From assembly GCA_965225855.1 (NCBI GenBank), contig CBDDCK010000005.1, positions 576,001 to 640,000 of the forward strand: a stretch of DNA of 64,000 bases, given 5' to 3'. The position numbers and the translations under genes are program-made. Below the pieces are notes generated by a model. That model worked only from the letters and a program-made list of their open reading frames with translations, searched no databases and had not been told where the DNA came from. The stretch's first letter is position 1; every line of letters begins with the position of its first letter. Below are positions 50,061-58,854 of this stretch, piece by piece. Source of the DNA: Spirochaetia bacterium (GTDB taxonomy: Bacteria; Spirochaetota; Spirochaetia; SP-2023).

Positions 50061-50330
50061 TTAAATGTTTTGGCAAAATTCCATCCTCCCCCGGGAAATT
50101 CGGGTGATACTGGAATCTACTTTGTTTGAAATAAGAGGGGGATTTTGCTTTCTTTGTTGGGCCACGGCCTTATATACTTCATAACTACTTGGCCCATACC
50201 AAACTTTATAAAACCAAAATAAATCATCTGGTTTTTGTATGCGCTGTGGTTTCTCTAGGTAATTCGCTGGAAGGCTAGCTACCACTGGCTGGATTGTAGC
50301 ACAATAAAACGATCCCAGAGCCAGTCCCAA
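50061..50330 (-). CDS. Short hypothetical ORF (possibly a fragment)
   Basis: 89-aa ORF with TTG start, just after the 50347 gene; no recognisable motif. Confidence 0.3.
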   Translation of the reverse strand: MGLALGSFYCATIQPVVASLPANYLEKPQRIQKPDDLFWFYKVWYGPSSYEVYKAVAQQRKQNPPLISNKVDSSITRISRGRMEFCQNI

Positions 50331-50346
50331 GCATTTCCGCTTTAGT

Positions 50347-51000
50347 TTATTCGGCTATTGAGATTTTTTTGGTATTGGTTGCTGTACAGTTATTTATTTC
50401 TGAACTATTAGAAAGGTTTTTCGTTTTTGGATCGAGTGATTCAATACTCCAATGATTGTTGTCTGATTCAATGGTGCGCCGCGGATAATTGACGAGCCAA
50501 CGCTGCATATATTTTGGGTACTGGGTATTACTGGCATAAATTTTATCATAACTAGCCACCAAATAATTGCGGCCTTTTGTTGGCTTTGGTAGGCAGGGCT
50601 TTTTTAATGGAATGGTGCCCAGTTCGGCTTTTTGAAGCTGCGCAAATGTACTAGAATCTAAATTCACCAGCTGGCCATAATTTTCAAATTCACCCAACAC
50701 AATCTTTAATTGATGTTCAGCAGGGCTTAGTAATACAACATCAAGCCCAAAAATTAACGGTTTGGCTAAAGCGTTACCATCAATTTCGCTTACAGCTAAA
50801 AATTCGGACTTACCAACAAAATCGGGCTGAACGGTGATCAATTCCCACTTTATGCTATTTTTTGCTTTGTTAGAAAAATCTTGCGTTGCTGGAGCTGAAG
50901 CACAAGATAAAAAATTTAGCAATAAACTGGCCAAACAAATTTGGCTAAGTCCATTGCGATTTTGGTTAAGTCCATTGCGATTATACATAAATTCCCTCAA
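50347..51000 (-). CDS. Hypothetical lipoprotein
   Basis: LLLNFLSC lipobox-like signal; N-terminal NRNGL(N/S)Q duplication. Confidence 0.65.
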   Translation of the reverse strand: MREFMYNRNGLNQNRNGLSQICLASLLLNFLSCASAPATQDFSNKAKNSIKWELITVQPDFVGKSEFLAVSEIDGNALAKPLIFGLDVVLLSPAEHQLKIVLGEFENYGQLVNLDSSTFAQLQKAELGTIPLKKPCLPKPTKGRNYLVASYDKIYASNTQYPKYMQRWLVNYPRRTIESDNNHWSIESLDPKTKNLSNSSEINNCTATNTKKISIAE

Positions 51001-51207
51001 AGAATGATTTCAAAATTTGGAGTAAGTATATGCTTTTAGGAGTAAGTATATGCTTTTAAATGATTCTACAGAATTTTACCCACACTCTAGCTGATGCCCA
51101 AGTTTGGAAAAATTGATAAACCATGTCAAGCTATAGCCCATTATTACCAAATTAGCCACTATCTACAATCGAATGGCTGAATCTATTTTCTTTGAACGAA
51201 TCATGAC

Positions 51208-52074
51208 TCAAAGTTTTAGGGCTAAAACTTCGCCTTCGCTTAAAACTTCAAATTGCCAAATTTTCATGCTATTGATTTCCAAAAAATAGTGTTGACCCAC
51301 ATTTAATATCGGTTGGCAAGGGCAAGTCATTACAGGTTCGGCCACGTTTAAGGCTTGCCAACGCCCCGGAGGGATTCCTAAAGCCATAACATTTTTGCGC
51401 AGCCGAATATCGTACCAGTCTATTTTTAGGCGACTAATTTCACCAATAATATACTGCAAGTCATAGTTCCAATAATTGGGAAATAAATCTCCTGCTTTAG
51501 GCTTAAATCGTCTAGCAATGTAGTATTGCAGTTTTTCAGTATTAAAGTAGCGAATGTCAAAATTCTTGTTGAGTAGTTGGGCTAGCACTTCGCTGAAAAA
51601 ACCGTTTTCCCAAGTGGCCGATATTTTATAGCTTTGCACACTACTATTTTCATCGTTGCTGTGGCTTTGCCACATAATGGCCACTCCAGCAGGTCTCCAC
51701 AACGTAACAGCTAAATTATTTGGCAAATTGGCAAACAGTGGAAAGGCTCGGATCACTATTGACTCCTTCTTTTTTAGGCTTATATCCAGTTGTCCACCAT
51801 GGGACTTTTGGTAAATTTCTGCTCGTAGCTGTAGTGCATTATTATCATAGGAGCTGCTTATATACTGTAATTTCCAGTGCCAACCAGAAAATTTTAGCCC
51901 ATTGCGATTGAGCCAATCGCGAAAATCTCCCATAACCTTTGGGGCTGAAACTAGATAATTTCTTGCTTGGGGTAGATCTTCTTGTATGAACTTACACGAG
52001 AATAGAGCCAAACAAATAGCATAATAGTATAGAAATTGCACCAGAAACTGGCCATTTGTATTGTTCCATTTCAT
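51208..52074 (-). CDS. Hypothetical lipoprotein
   Basis: CLALFSC lipobox-like; 288 aa; divergent from efp. Confidence 0.65.
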   Translation of the reverse strand: MKWNNTNGQFLVQFLYYYAICLALFSCKFIQEDLPQARNYLVSAPKVMGDFRDWLNRNGLKFSGWHWKLQYISSSYDNNALQLRAEIYQKSHGGQLDISLKKKESIVIRAFPLFANLPNNLAVTLWRPAGVAIMWQSHSNDENSSVQSYKISATWENGFFSEVLAQLLNKNFDIRYFNTEKLQYYIARRFKPKAGDLFPNYWNYDLQYIIGEISRLKIDWYDIRLRKNVMALGIPPGRWQALNVAEPVMTCPCQPILNVGQHYFLEINSMKIWQFEVLSEGEVLALKL

Positions 52075-52231
52075 ACTTTACAAGAGGTTGATTTTTGCCA
52101 TTTTGTAGATTGATTTTTAGAATTACAAAAATCCAGCAAACCCAAACTACCGTTGTTCGTAAATTGATTTTTCAGTTTGGTCACGCTATAATCTGCCACC
52201 AAATTCCCAAATTATTGAATAAGGATACAAT

Positions 52232-52801
52232 ATGGCCACAATTAAGGCAGGCGATTTAACCAAAGGTTCGTTTCTATTGGAAAAAGATTTACCCTATATA
52301 GTTGTCGAACGTGAATTTGTAAACCCGGGGAAGGGTTCGGCATTTGTTCGCTTAAAATTGAAAAACTTGCGAGATGGTTCGGCACAGCGCATAACCCATA
52401 AAAGTCAAGATAATATTGAAGAAATTGATGTACAAGAATTTCGTGCCCAATATTTGTATAAAGATGATGCTAATTATTTTTTTATGAATAGCGAAACTTT
52501 TGAGCAATTTGAAGTCCCCATCAATACGCTGCCCGATTTACAGTATTTTGCACGGGAAGGCGAGGAATATCGTGCTGTTACTTGGGAAGAGGAAGTCCTC
52601 GATATTAAATTGCCCCCGAAAGTTGACCTATTGGTAATCCAAGCTGAAGAAGCCGTGCGGGGCGATACAGCTACATCGGTTACCAAACAAGTTATTGTGG
52701 AAACAGGGCTTCAGGTACGGGTTCCCGCATTTATTCGCAAAGGCGATAGACTCCGAATTAGTGTGGAAACCAAAGAATACCAAGAGCGGGTAAACAGTTA
52801 A
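52232..52801 (+). CDS. efp: Elongation factor P
   Basis: VNPGKGSAFVR, YLY, RGDTA, ETGLQVRVP. Confidence 0.97.
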   Translation: MATIKAGDLTKGSFLLEKDLPYIVVEREFVNPGKGSAFVRLKLKNLRDGSAQRITHKSQDNIEEIDVQEFRAQYLYKDDANYFFMNSETFEQFEVPINTLPDLQYFAREGEEYRAVTWEEEVLDIKLPPKVDLLVIQAEEAVRGDTATSVTKQVIVETGLQVRVPAFIRKGDRLRISVETKEYQERVNS

Positions 52802-52983
52802 ATTTTTACGCTTTGTATCTCACATAGCAATTCACTAGCTTCATTTTTTGATAACTTGGGTTTTCATAATAATTTCATGGACTGCGTTCTGATTATCGTT
52901 CTGGCCTAATTTTATCCCATAAATATTGAGTTTTATTGCTAATATTTTTATAATAACCGCATATAGAGACTAAGGAATTGTGT

Positions 52984-55884
52984 ATGAATATTTTTAGTAG
53001 AGCGATAGCATTATTGCTGCTTTTGCTTGGTACTTTGTTTTTTTCTTGCGAAAAGAATGGTGATTTAAAGGAAGATACAATTGTTCCTTTGGCTTCTGGT
53101 TATTTGCGGGGAGTGTTGGAAAATGGTTTGCGTTATAGTATTCGTGCTAATGATCGAATTAAAGATCGAATGGTAATGAAATTAGGTATTAATGCTGGCT
53201 CGCTGCAAGAAGAAGATGACCAACGGGGGCTAGCGCATTTTGTCGAGCATATGGCTTTTAACGGTTCGGTTCATTTTCCAGAAAATTCTTTGATAGATTT
53301 TGCTCAAGAAAATGGTATGAAGTTTGGGGCTCATGTAAATGCCTATACAAGTTTTGGAGAGACGGTTTATGATTTTGTGTTGCCAACGGATAGTGAACAA
53401 TTGCTCGATCAAGGGCTAGATGTTTTGTATGACTGGTTGAATGGCCTGAATATCAAACCGGAAGAAGTGGAGAAGGAGCGCGGTATTGTCTTGAGTGAAT
53501 GGCGAACTTCGCTGGGTTTTAGTGCACGCTTTAGAGATATTTGGATTCCTATACTTTTGGAAGGGTCGCGTTTTGCCCAGCGTTTGCCAATTGGTTTACC
53601 TGATGTGATTGAAAATGCTGCGCCACAGCGTTTACGTGATTTTTATGAAAAATGGTACAACACAGAAAATGCTATACTAATCCTCGTTGGAGACTTTGAC
53701 GCAGAGGCGATGGAACAAAGGCTCAAACAGCGGTTTGGTTCTATTGCGCGCCGTGGCCAAAAAGTTAGCAGTGGCTTAGAGCGTGATTGGGAAAATGTGC
53801 CCATTCGCGATAGAAATGAAAACGGTAAACCACAGCTGCGGGCTGTACAAATGCAAGATTATGAGGCTCCCTATAGAGGGGTTTCCATTGCTATCAAAGG
53901 GCAAAGAAAGCCGGTTGCTGTAACTGTTGGTCAATTTCGTGAACAATGGGCATTTTTTGTATTAGGCGTTACTCTGGTTCAGCGCCTTTCTGATATTGTG
54001 AAAAGCCACAGCGATATTGTTTTAGATACACACAATTATAGGGAAGCGTATGGTAGTGCTAGTACGTATTACTTTAAGGTTGAAGCGCAAAGCGGGCGTT
54101 TAAGGGAAGCTTATCAAATATTGTTACGGGCCATTGCCCAGTTTCAAAAATATGGCATATTGCAAAGTGAAATGAATTTAGCCATTGAGACACTGCGTTC
54201 TAATGTTGAAGAAAACTATAACAGCAGGGAAAAACGCAGTAATGGGAATTTAGCCTCCCCAGAGTTATATCAATTTTTGGGTACTGAATATAATTCTGAC
54301 ATTGTTTGGATTTATAATAATTTCGATGAGATTATTGGAAAACTCAAGCTAGAAGATTTAAATAGCATGATTCTAGAATTCCTTCATAGTGAAACTGGTG
54401 ATGTTTCGCTAATTTCTGTGGGTAAAGATTTGGCGGAATTGCCCAGTGAAGAGGAATTGATCGATGGGTATTTGGCCATGGAGCAACTAGAGGTTCCTCC
54501 GCCAAAAGATGAGAAATTGCCAGCCCAGCTTTTAGAGAATGAACCCAAGGCTGGCAAAATTATTGCAGAAAAACGCTTAGAAAATACAGGTTTCATTCAT
54601 TGGGTTTTGAATAACGGTATTGAGGTTTATTTTAAGCCAACGGAATTTGAGATCAATCAGTTTCAATATAAAGCTTTTAGAGCTGGCGGCACTATGGTTT
54701 TAGCAAACCAGTTTGGCACTGGTTCGGTGGTAAGTAGCTTACTCAATAATGTTGTTTCTGCTTCTGGTTTTGCTGGCCTTAGCCCAGAACAGTATGAACG
54801 CTATATGCTGCCCAAAAAAGTGTATCATAATTGGGCTTTTGGTCTTTATAGTGGCTTCATGTATGGTGGTGGAGATAGGGGGGATATTAAAGAATCATTT
54901 CAACAAATTTATTTATCGTTTACTGCACCACAGTTTTCGCAAAAGCTCATCGATCAGGCATTAAAAACATTGCAAACAGATTATGATGATACACTAAGCG
55001 ACCCGAATTCTCATTTTAGTCGATTGATCCGTGAGCACCGCTATCAAAATGATTTGCGTTTGGTTTTGCCAAAAGATTTGCCAAACAATTATGCAGCCTC
55101 TGATTTGCAGGAGGCTTTTGAACAATTAGTGCCCAGTGCCCAAGGGTTTCAGTTTGTCTTTGTCGGCGATATTGCGGAAGAAGAATTGAAAAAATATGTG
55201 GAGCTGTATCTTGGGGGCTTACCGACACAGGTGCCATTTGGCGCAAAAGATGTGAAAATGAATTTGTATGAGCAAGGTGGGGTGAAAGAATATTTCTTGG
55301 GGCCAGAAAATAAATCCGCTAGCTTGCTGCTTTGGGATCAGTATCTGGAGCCGAAAGAGCTTTCTTGGGAAGAAACTTATCGCTTAGATATTTTGGCGGT
55401 AGTTCTTAGTTTGTTACTTGATATTAGTGTAACGGAGGTTTTGCGTGAAGAGTTGAGTAAAACCTATTCCCCTTATGCTGTTGTGAATTTTGAATCGGTG
55501 CCACACAGACGTATGACCATATTGTTTTACTATGGTTCTGCGCCTGAAGATGTTGCCGAGCTGGATAAAACCGTTGATCAATTGCTTAACCAAATAAAAC
55601 AGGGTGAAATTGCCGATAATGAATTGGAAAAAGTTAAATTGCAATTGACGAAACTTGTTGAAGATGGTTTACAGCAAAACTTATTTTGGCTAGATGCTTT
55701 GTTAGAAACATTAAAAGAAGGCCATCAAAATATTGACGAAATAATGAGTGAGTCTCTCTTTTATCGCGAGCTGGCTAGTATCGGTAAGCAGGACTTAGCC
55801 GGGTTTGCCTCTAAGTATATTTTGCCAGCACGGAAAATCCGCTACGTTATGTTGCCTAAGAATTTGAAAAATATTGCTGAATAA
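52984..55884 (+). CDS. M16 family zinc metallopeptidase (PqqL-like), lipoprotein
   Basis: GLAHFVEHMAFNGS (HXXEH), NAYTS, RLPIG; LFFSC lipobox. Confidence 0.92.
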   Translation: MNIFSRAIALLLLLLGTLFFSCEKNGDLKEDTIVPLASGYLRGVLENGLRYSIRANDRIKDRMVMKLGINAGSLQEEDDQRGLAHFVEHMAFNGSVHFPENSLIDFAQENGMKFGAHVNAYTSFGETVYDFVLPTDSEQLLDQGLDVLYDWLNGLNIKPEEVEKERGIVLSEWRTSLGFSARFRDIWIPILLEGSRFAQRLPIGLPDVIENAAPQRLRDFYEKWYNTENAILILVGDFDAEAMEQRLKQRFGSIARRGQKVSSGLERDWENVPIRDRNENGKPQLRAVQMQDYEAPYRGVSIAIKGQRKPVAVTVGQFREQWAFFVLGVTLVQRLSDIVKSHSDIVLDTHNYREAYGSASTYYFKVEAQSGRLREAYQILLRAIAQFQKYGILQSEMNLAIETLRSNVEENYNSREKRSNGNLASPELYQFLGTEYNSDIVWIYNNFDEIIGKLKLEDLNSMILEFLHSETGDVSLISVGKDLAELPSEEELIDGYLAMEQLEVPPPKDEKLPAQLLENEPKAGKIIAEKRLENTGFIHWVLNNGIEVYFKPTEFEINQFQYKAFRAGGTMVLANQFGTGSVVSSLLNNVVSASGFAGLSPEQYERYMLPKKVYHNWAFGLYSGFMYGGGDRGDIKESFQQIYLSFTAPQFSQKLIDQALKTLQTDYDDTLSDPNSHFSRLIREHRYQNDLRLVLPKDLPNNYAASDLQEAFEQLVPSAQGFQFVFVGDIAEEELKKYVELYLGGLPTQVPFGAKDVKMNLYEQGGVKEYFLGPENKSASLLLWDQYLEPKELSWEETYRLDILAVVLSLLLDISVTEVLREELSKTYSPYAVVNFESVPHRRMTILFYYGSAPEDVAELDKTVDQLLNQIKQGEIADNELEKVKLQLTKLVEDGLQQNLFWLDALLETLKEGHQNIDEIMSESLFYRELASIGKQDLAGFASKYILPARKIRYVMLPKNLKNIAE

Positions 55885-55906
55885 AGCTAAATAAGCTATT
55901 AAAATT

Positions 55907-57139
55907 ATGGGGGAAAAAATACGGGTTGCTATTGTCGGTGCCAGTGGTTACGGTGGGGCTGAATTGTTGCGCTTGTTGCTTGCCCATCCCTATTGCCAAA
56001 CGGTTACGCTGTTCTCATCGACCTTGCAAAGTATCTACGAGAAAGGCAATGATTATAGAGAAGCTTGGCAAGAGGGCCTGCATTACCAAGACTATGCTGC
56101 GATGTGTCCTGCGTTTTATGGTTTGGGTTTGAAAATTTATGGTTTGCCTTCCCTTGTGGCAGATGAGAAAAAGGCAAAGCTTAGAGAATGGCAAATTTTT
56201 TACCGCTCTTTTGATGTTGTGTTTTTAGCAACTCCCCATGCTGTATCGGTTCAGATAGTGCAGCAATATTTAGAAAGCTCTAAGCAAGATTTTATCCAAG
56301 AGAACAAGCAAACCCAGCAGGAGCTGGCCAAAATTATTGACCTTTCGGGGGCTTTGCGTTTGAGAGAACCTGAACTTTACAGCCAATGGTATCAAGAACA
56401 AACTTTGGGCTCTGATGAATTGCAACAATGTCAATATGGTTTGACTGAATTATTTGTGCATGAAATTGCAAAGGCGCAAATTGTTGCCAACCCCGGTTGC
56501 TATGCCACGGCAATTATTTTGGCATTGGCTCCTTTGGCTAACAGTGGTTTGCTAAAACGTGTGCGTATTGACGCAAAGTCTGGGGTTTCTGGGGCGGGCA
56601 AAAAAGCAGGGGATTCGGCCCATTTCCCCCAAGTGAATGAATCGCTTTCGCTGTATAAATTACACCAACATCAACACACGCCAGAAATTGAAATGGCTCT
56701 AAGTGATTGTGCTGGCTGTCCTGTGCTGCCTATTACACTGGCTACCCATCTGTTGCCCGTTACGCGCGGCATTATGGCTACCTGTTATATTGAGCTTCCC
56801 GAGCTTTTTGAGGAAAGTTTTGAAGAGGCGCATATTGCAGAAGAAATACAAATGAAGCTACACAATATGTATAAGTCGTTTTATACGGGTTCGTCTTTTG
56901 TGCAAGTACGTCCAGTAGATTCTGTAAAAAACTTGTCGATACCGAAAATTCAAGATGTGAGTTTTTCTAACCGTTGTGATATTGGTTTGGGCTGGAATCC
57001 ACGCAACAAGGAATTGATTGTCGTTTCCGTGATTGACAATTTGCTAAAAGGTGCCGCAGGCCAAGCTGTGCAAAATATGAATGTAATGTTTGGCCTAGAT
57101 GATGTTTGCGGCTTACCTTTGGCTGCAGCCATGCCTTGA
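55907..57139 (+). CDS. argC: N-acetyl-gamma-glutamyl-phosphate reductase
   Basis: GASGYGG, FLATPH, IDLSG, ANPGCY, SGVSGAG, DNLLKGAAGQAVQN. Confidence 0.95.
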   Translation: MGEKIRVAIVGASGYGGAELLRLLLAHPYCQTVTLFSSTLQSIYEKGNDYREAWQEGLHYQDYAAMCPAFYGLGLKIYGLPSLVADEKKAKLREWQIFYRSFDVVFLATPHAVSVQIVQQYLESSKQDFIQENKQTQQELAKIIDLSGALRLREPELYSQWYQEQTLGSDELQQCQYGLTELFVHEIAKAQIVANPGCYATAIILALAPLANSGLLKRVRIDAKSGVSGAGKKAGDSAHFPQVNESLSLYKLHQHQHTPEIEMALSDCAGCPVLPITLATHLLPVTRGIMATCYIELPELFEESFEEAHIAEEIQMKLHNMYKSFYTGSSFVQVRPVDSVKNLSIPKIQDVSFSNRCDIGLGWNPRNKELIVVSVIDNLLKGAAGQAVQNMNVMFGLDDVCGLPLAAAMP

Positions 57140-57214
57140 TGATTGCAATCAAGTAATGGAAAAATGGAATTGCATAAAGCAAAATTTTATTATGCCGAGA
57201 ATATTTAGAAGGGA

Positions 57215-57772
57215 TTGGTTATGACACGGATTGACGATACGCGCGTGCCCAGAACAGCAGAAATTCAGCGCAAGTACGAGAAATTATTGCGGCAGGTGGC
57301 ACAAAAGCAAGAAGGGCGAGTTGCCCCTTCTTCAAGAATGGAAGCTGCTAATTCTGAAAAAATGAAAATGGCCGAAGCGTGCCGAGATTTTGAGGCTCTG
57401 TTTATCCAGCAGATGCTTACGGAAATGCGGCGTGGCCTGAATGAAGGTTCGGTTCTTGGGGGAAATGGTGGTTCTCTGTCGGCAGACCGCAATCGTGGTA
57501 GTTTTTTTCGCGATAAAATGTATGAAAATATTTCCAAAGATATGGCAAACCAAAGCGGATTTGGCATTGGCGCGGTGTTGTTTGAGCAGCTATACCGCCA
57601 AGAAAATCCCGATATTCTGCCCGGTTCTTCTTTAGCTGAATCTTTTGTTGACACATCTGAAACAACGGGGTCAGCAAATTCGGTTGTCCAATTACTAGAG
57701 CAGCAAAAACAAGCGTACCGACAACAGCGATCTATGTCGCAAGTGCAGCTAGTGGGCCGTTTTTATAAGTGA
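57215..57772 (+). CDS. flgJ: Rod-binding protein (FlgJ N-terminal domain only)
   Basis: EACRDFEALFIQQMLTEMR...GFGIGAVLFEQL. Confidence 0.78.
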   Translation: MVMTRIDDTRVPRTAEIQRKYEKLLRQVAQKQEGRVAPSSRMEAANSEKMKMAEACRDFEALFIQQMLTEMRRGLNEGSVLGGNGGSLSADRNRGSFFRDKMYENISKDMANQSGFGIGAVLFEQLYRQENPDILPGSSLAESFVDTSETTGSANSVVQLLEQQKQAYRQQRSMSQVQLVGRFYK

Positions 57773-58793
57773 GCGATCGTTTAGCAGCTTGATTCTTTCT
57801 AACAAATAAGTCTGCAGGGTATTTGCCCATATCCGTCAATGTTTGGATTTTTTGGCGTACAATGGGCAAATCTTCTTGATACGTTAGACCAAACCAAGGG
57901 TCTGGCGAGTGTAGTATTGCGATTATCGCTTGGTTTTGTTCACGCATAGCCTCTACCGTGGCGGGCAGATGGAATTCTTGTTTTAAAGCTTTTTCTTGGT
58001 TTTCTTGTTGCCAGAGCGCAGCTAAACTTTCTAAAAAGTTTGCAAATTGCTGTTGTAGGTGCTGGAAAATATTGGGGTAGAGGCCAAAGAGATTCATGGA
58101 AACAGGGGTATCTTCTGCAAGGAGCAGCGTAGAATCTTCTAAAATTGAATAAATTTTGTAGTCTTTCTTGCGAACCAATTGGGTATGTTCTTGGATATTA
58201 CTCAACCATTCCATGCCATTGGAATCCGTGTAAGTATGGCAAATACCACGGGAAACACTACCATTTTCCGATAGCGTTAGCCCCAGTTGGAAACCAACCA
58301 TCGTTAAAGGCAGTGGCGCAGGCTTGATTTGGTTTGGCTCTGCTATTGCTGCATGATTTAGCAGATACGTAAATATTTTTTGCAGGCTGTTGTAACCGTA
58401 AAAATCATCGGCATTGGCAACGGCAAAAGGACCAGTAATTTGCTTGCTAGCCGATAATAGGGCGTGCCCTGTACCCCACAGTTTTTGCCTTTGTGTTATT
58501 TGTGGCAAATAGTTGTCGGGAACATAAGTGTCATGGCGTTGGATGCTGTAGCGCAGTTCGATTTTATCGCGCCAACGCCTACCTACTTCGCCCTCAAATT
58601 TACTGACAATTTCTTCCCGCAGGATTATCATTACCCAAGAATAGCCAATACGCCAAGCATCGTAAATTGTATAATCCATGATAATGGCGTCTTTTGGCCC
58701 GACAATGCTAAGCTGTTTGTCACCACCAAAGCGAGTACCAAAGCCTGCTGCCAATAGCACTAGCCCGATATTGGAGCTGTTTGTTTCTTGCAT
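57732..58793 (-). CDS. Sugar-phosphate nucleotidyltransferase family protein
   Basis: LLAAGFGTRFGGDKQ, WGTGHA, NADDFYG, VSMN, WFGLTY. Confidence 0.88.
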   Translation of the reverse strand: MQETNSSNIGLVLLAAGFGTRFGGDKQLSIVGPKDAIIMDYTIYDAWRIGYSWVMIILREEIVSKFEGEVGRRWRDKIELRYSIQRHDTYVPDNYLPQITQRQKLWGTGHALLSASKQITGPFAVANADDFYGYNSLQKIFTYLLNHAAIAEPNQIKPAPLPLTMVGFQLGLTLSENGSVSRGICHTYTDSNGMEWLSNIQEHTQLVRKKDYKIYSILEDSTLLLAEDTPVSMNLFGLYPNIFQHLQQQFANFLESLAALWQQENQEKALKQEFHLPATVEAMREQNQAIIAILHSPDPWFGLTYQEDLPIVRQKIQTLTDMGKYPADLFVRKNQAAKRSLTYKNGPLAALAT

Positions 58794-58854
58794 TTTCTTT
58801 TTCTTTGCGTGTATAAATTTGCGATTTAGATTGCTCCGATTTATCGAACAATCT

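Noticed and set aside
49954..50066. Integron attC site
   Set aside because: ATTTAAC overlaps the ORF stop on the minus strand, but no convincing GTTRRRY partner or paired L boxes are seen; no integrase or second cassette.
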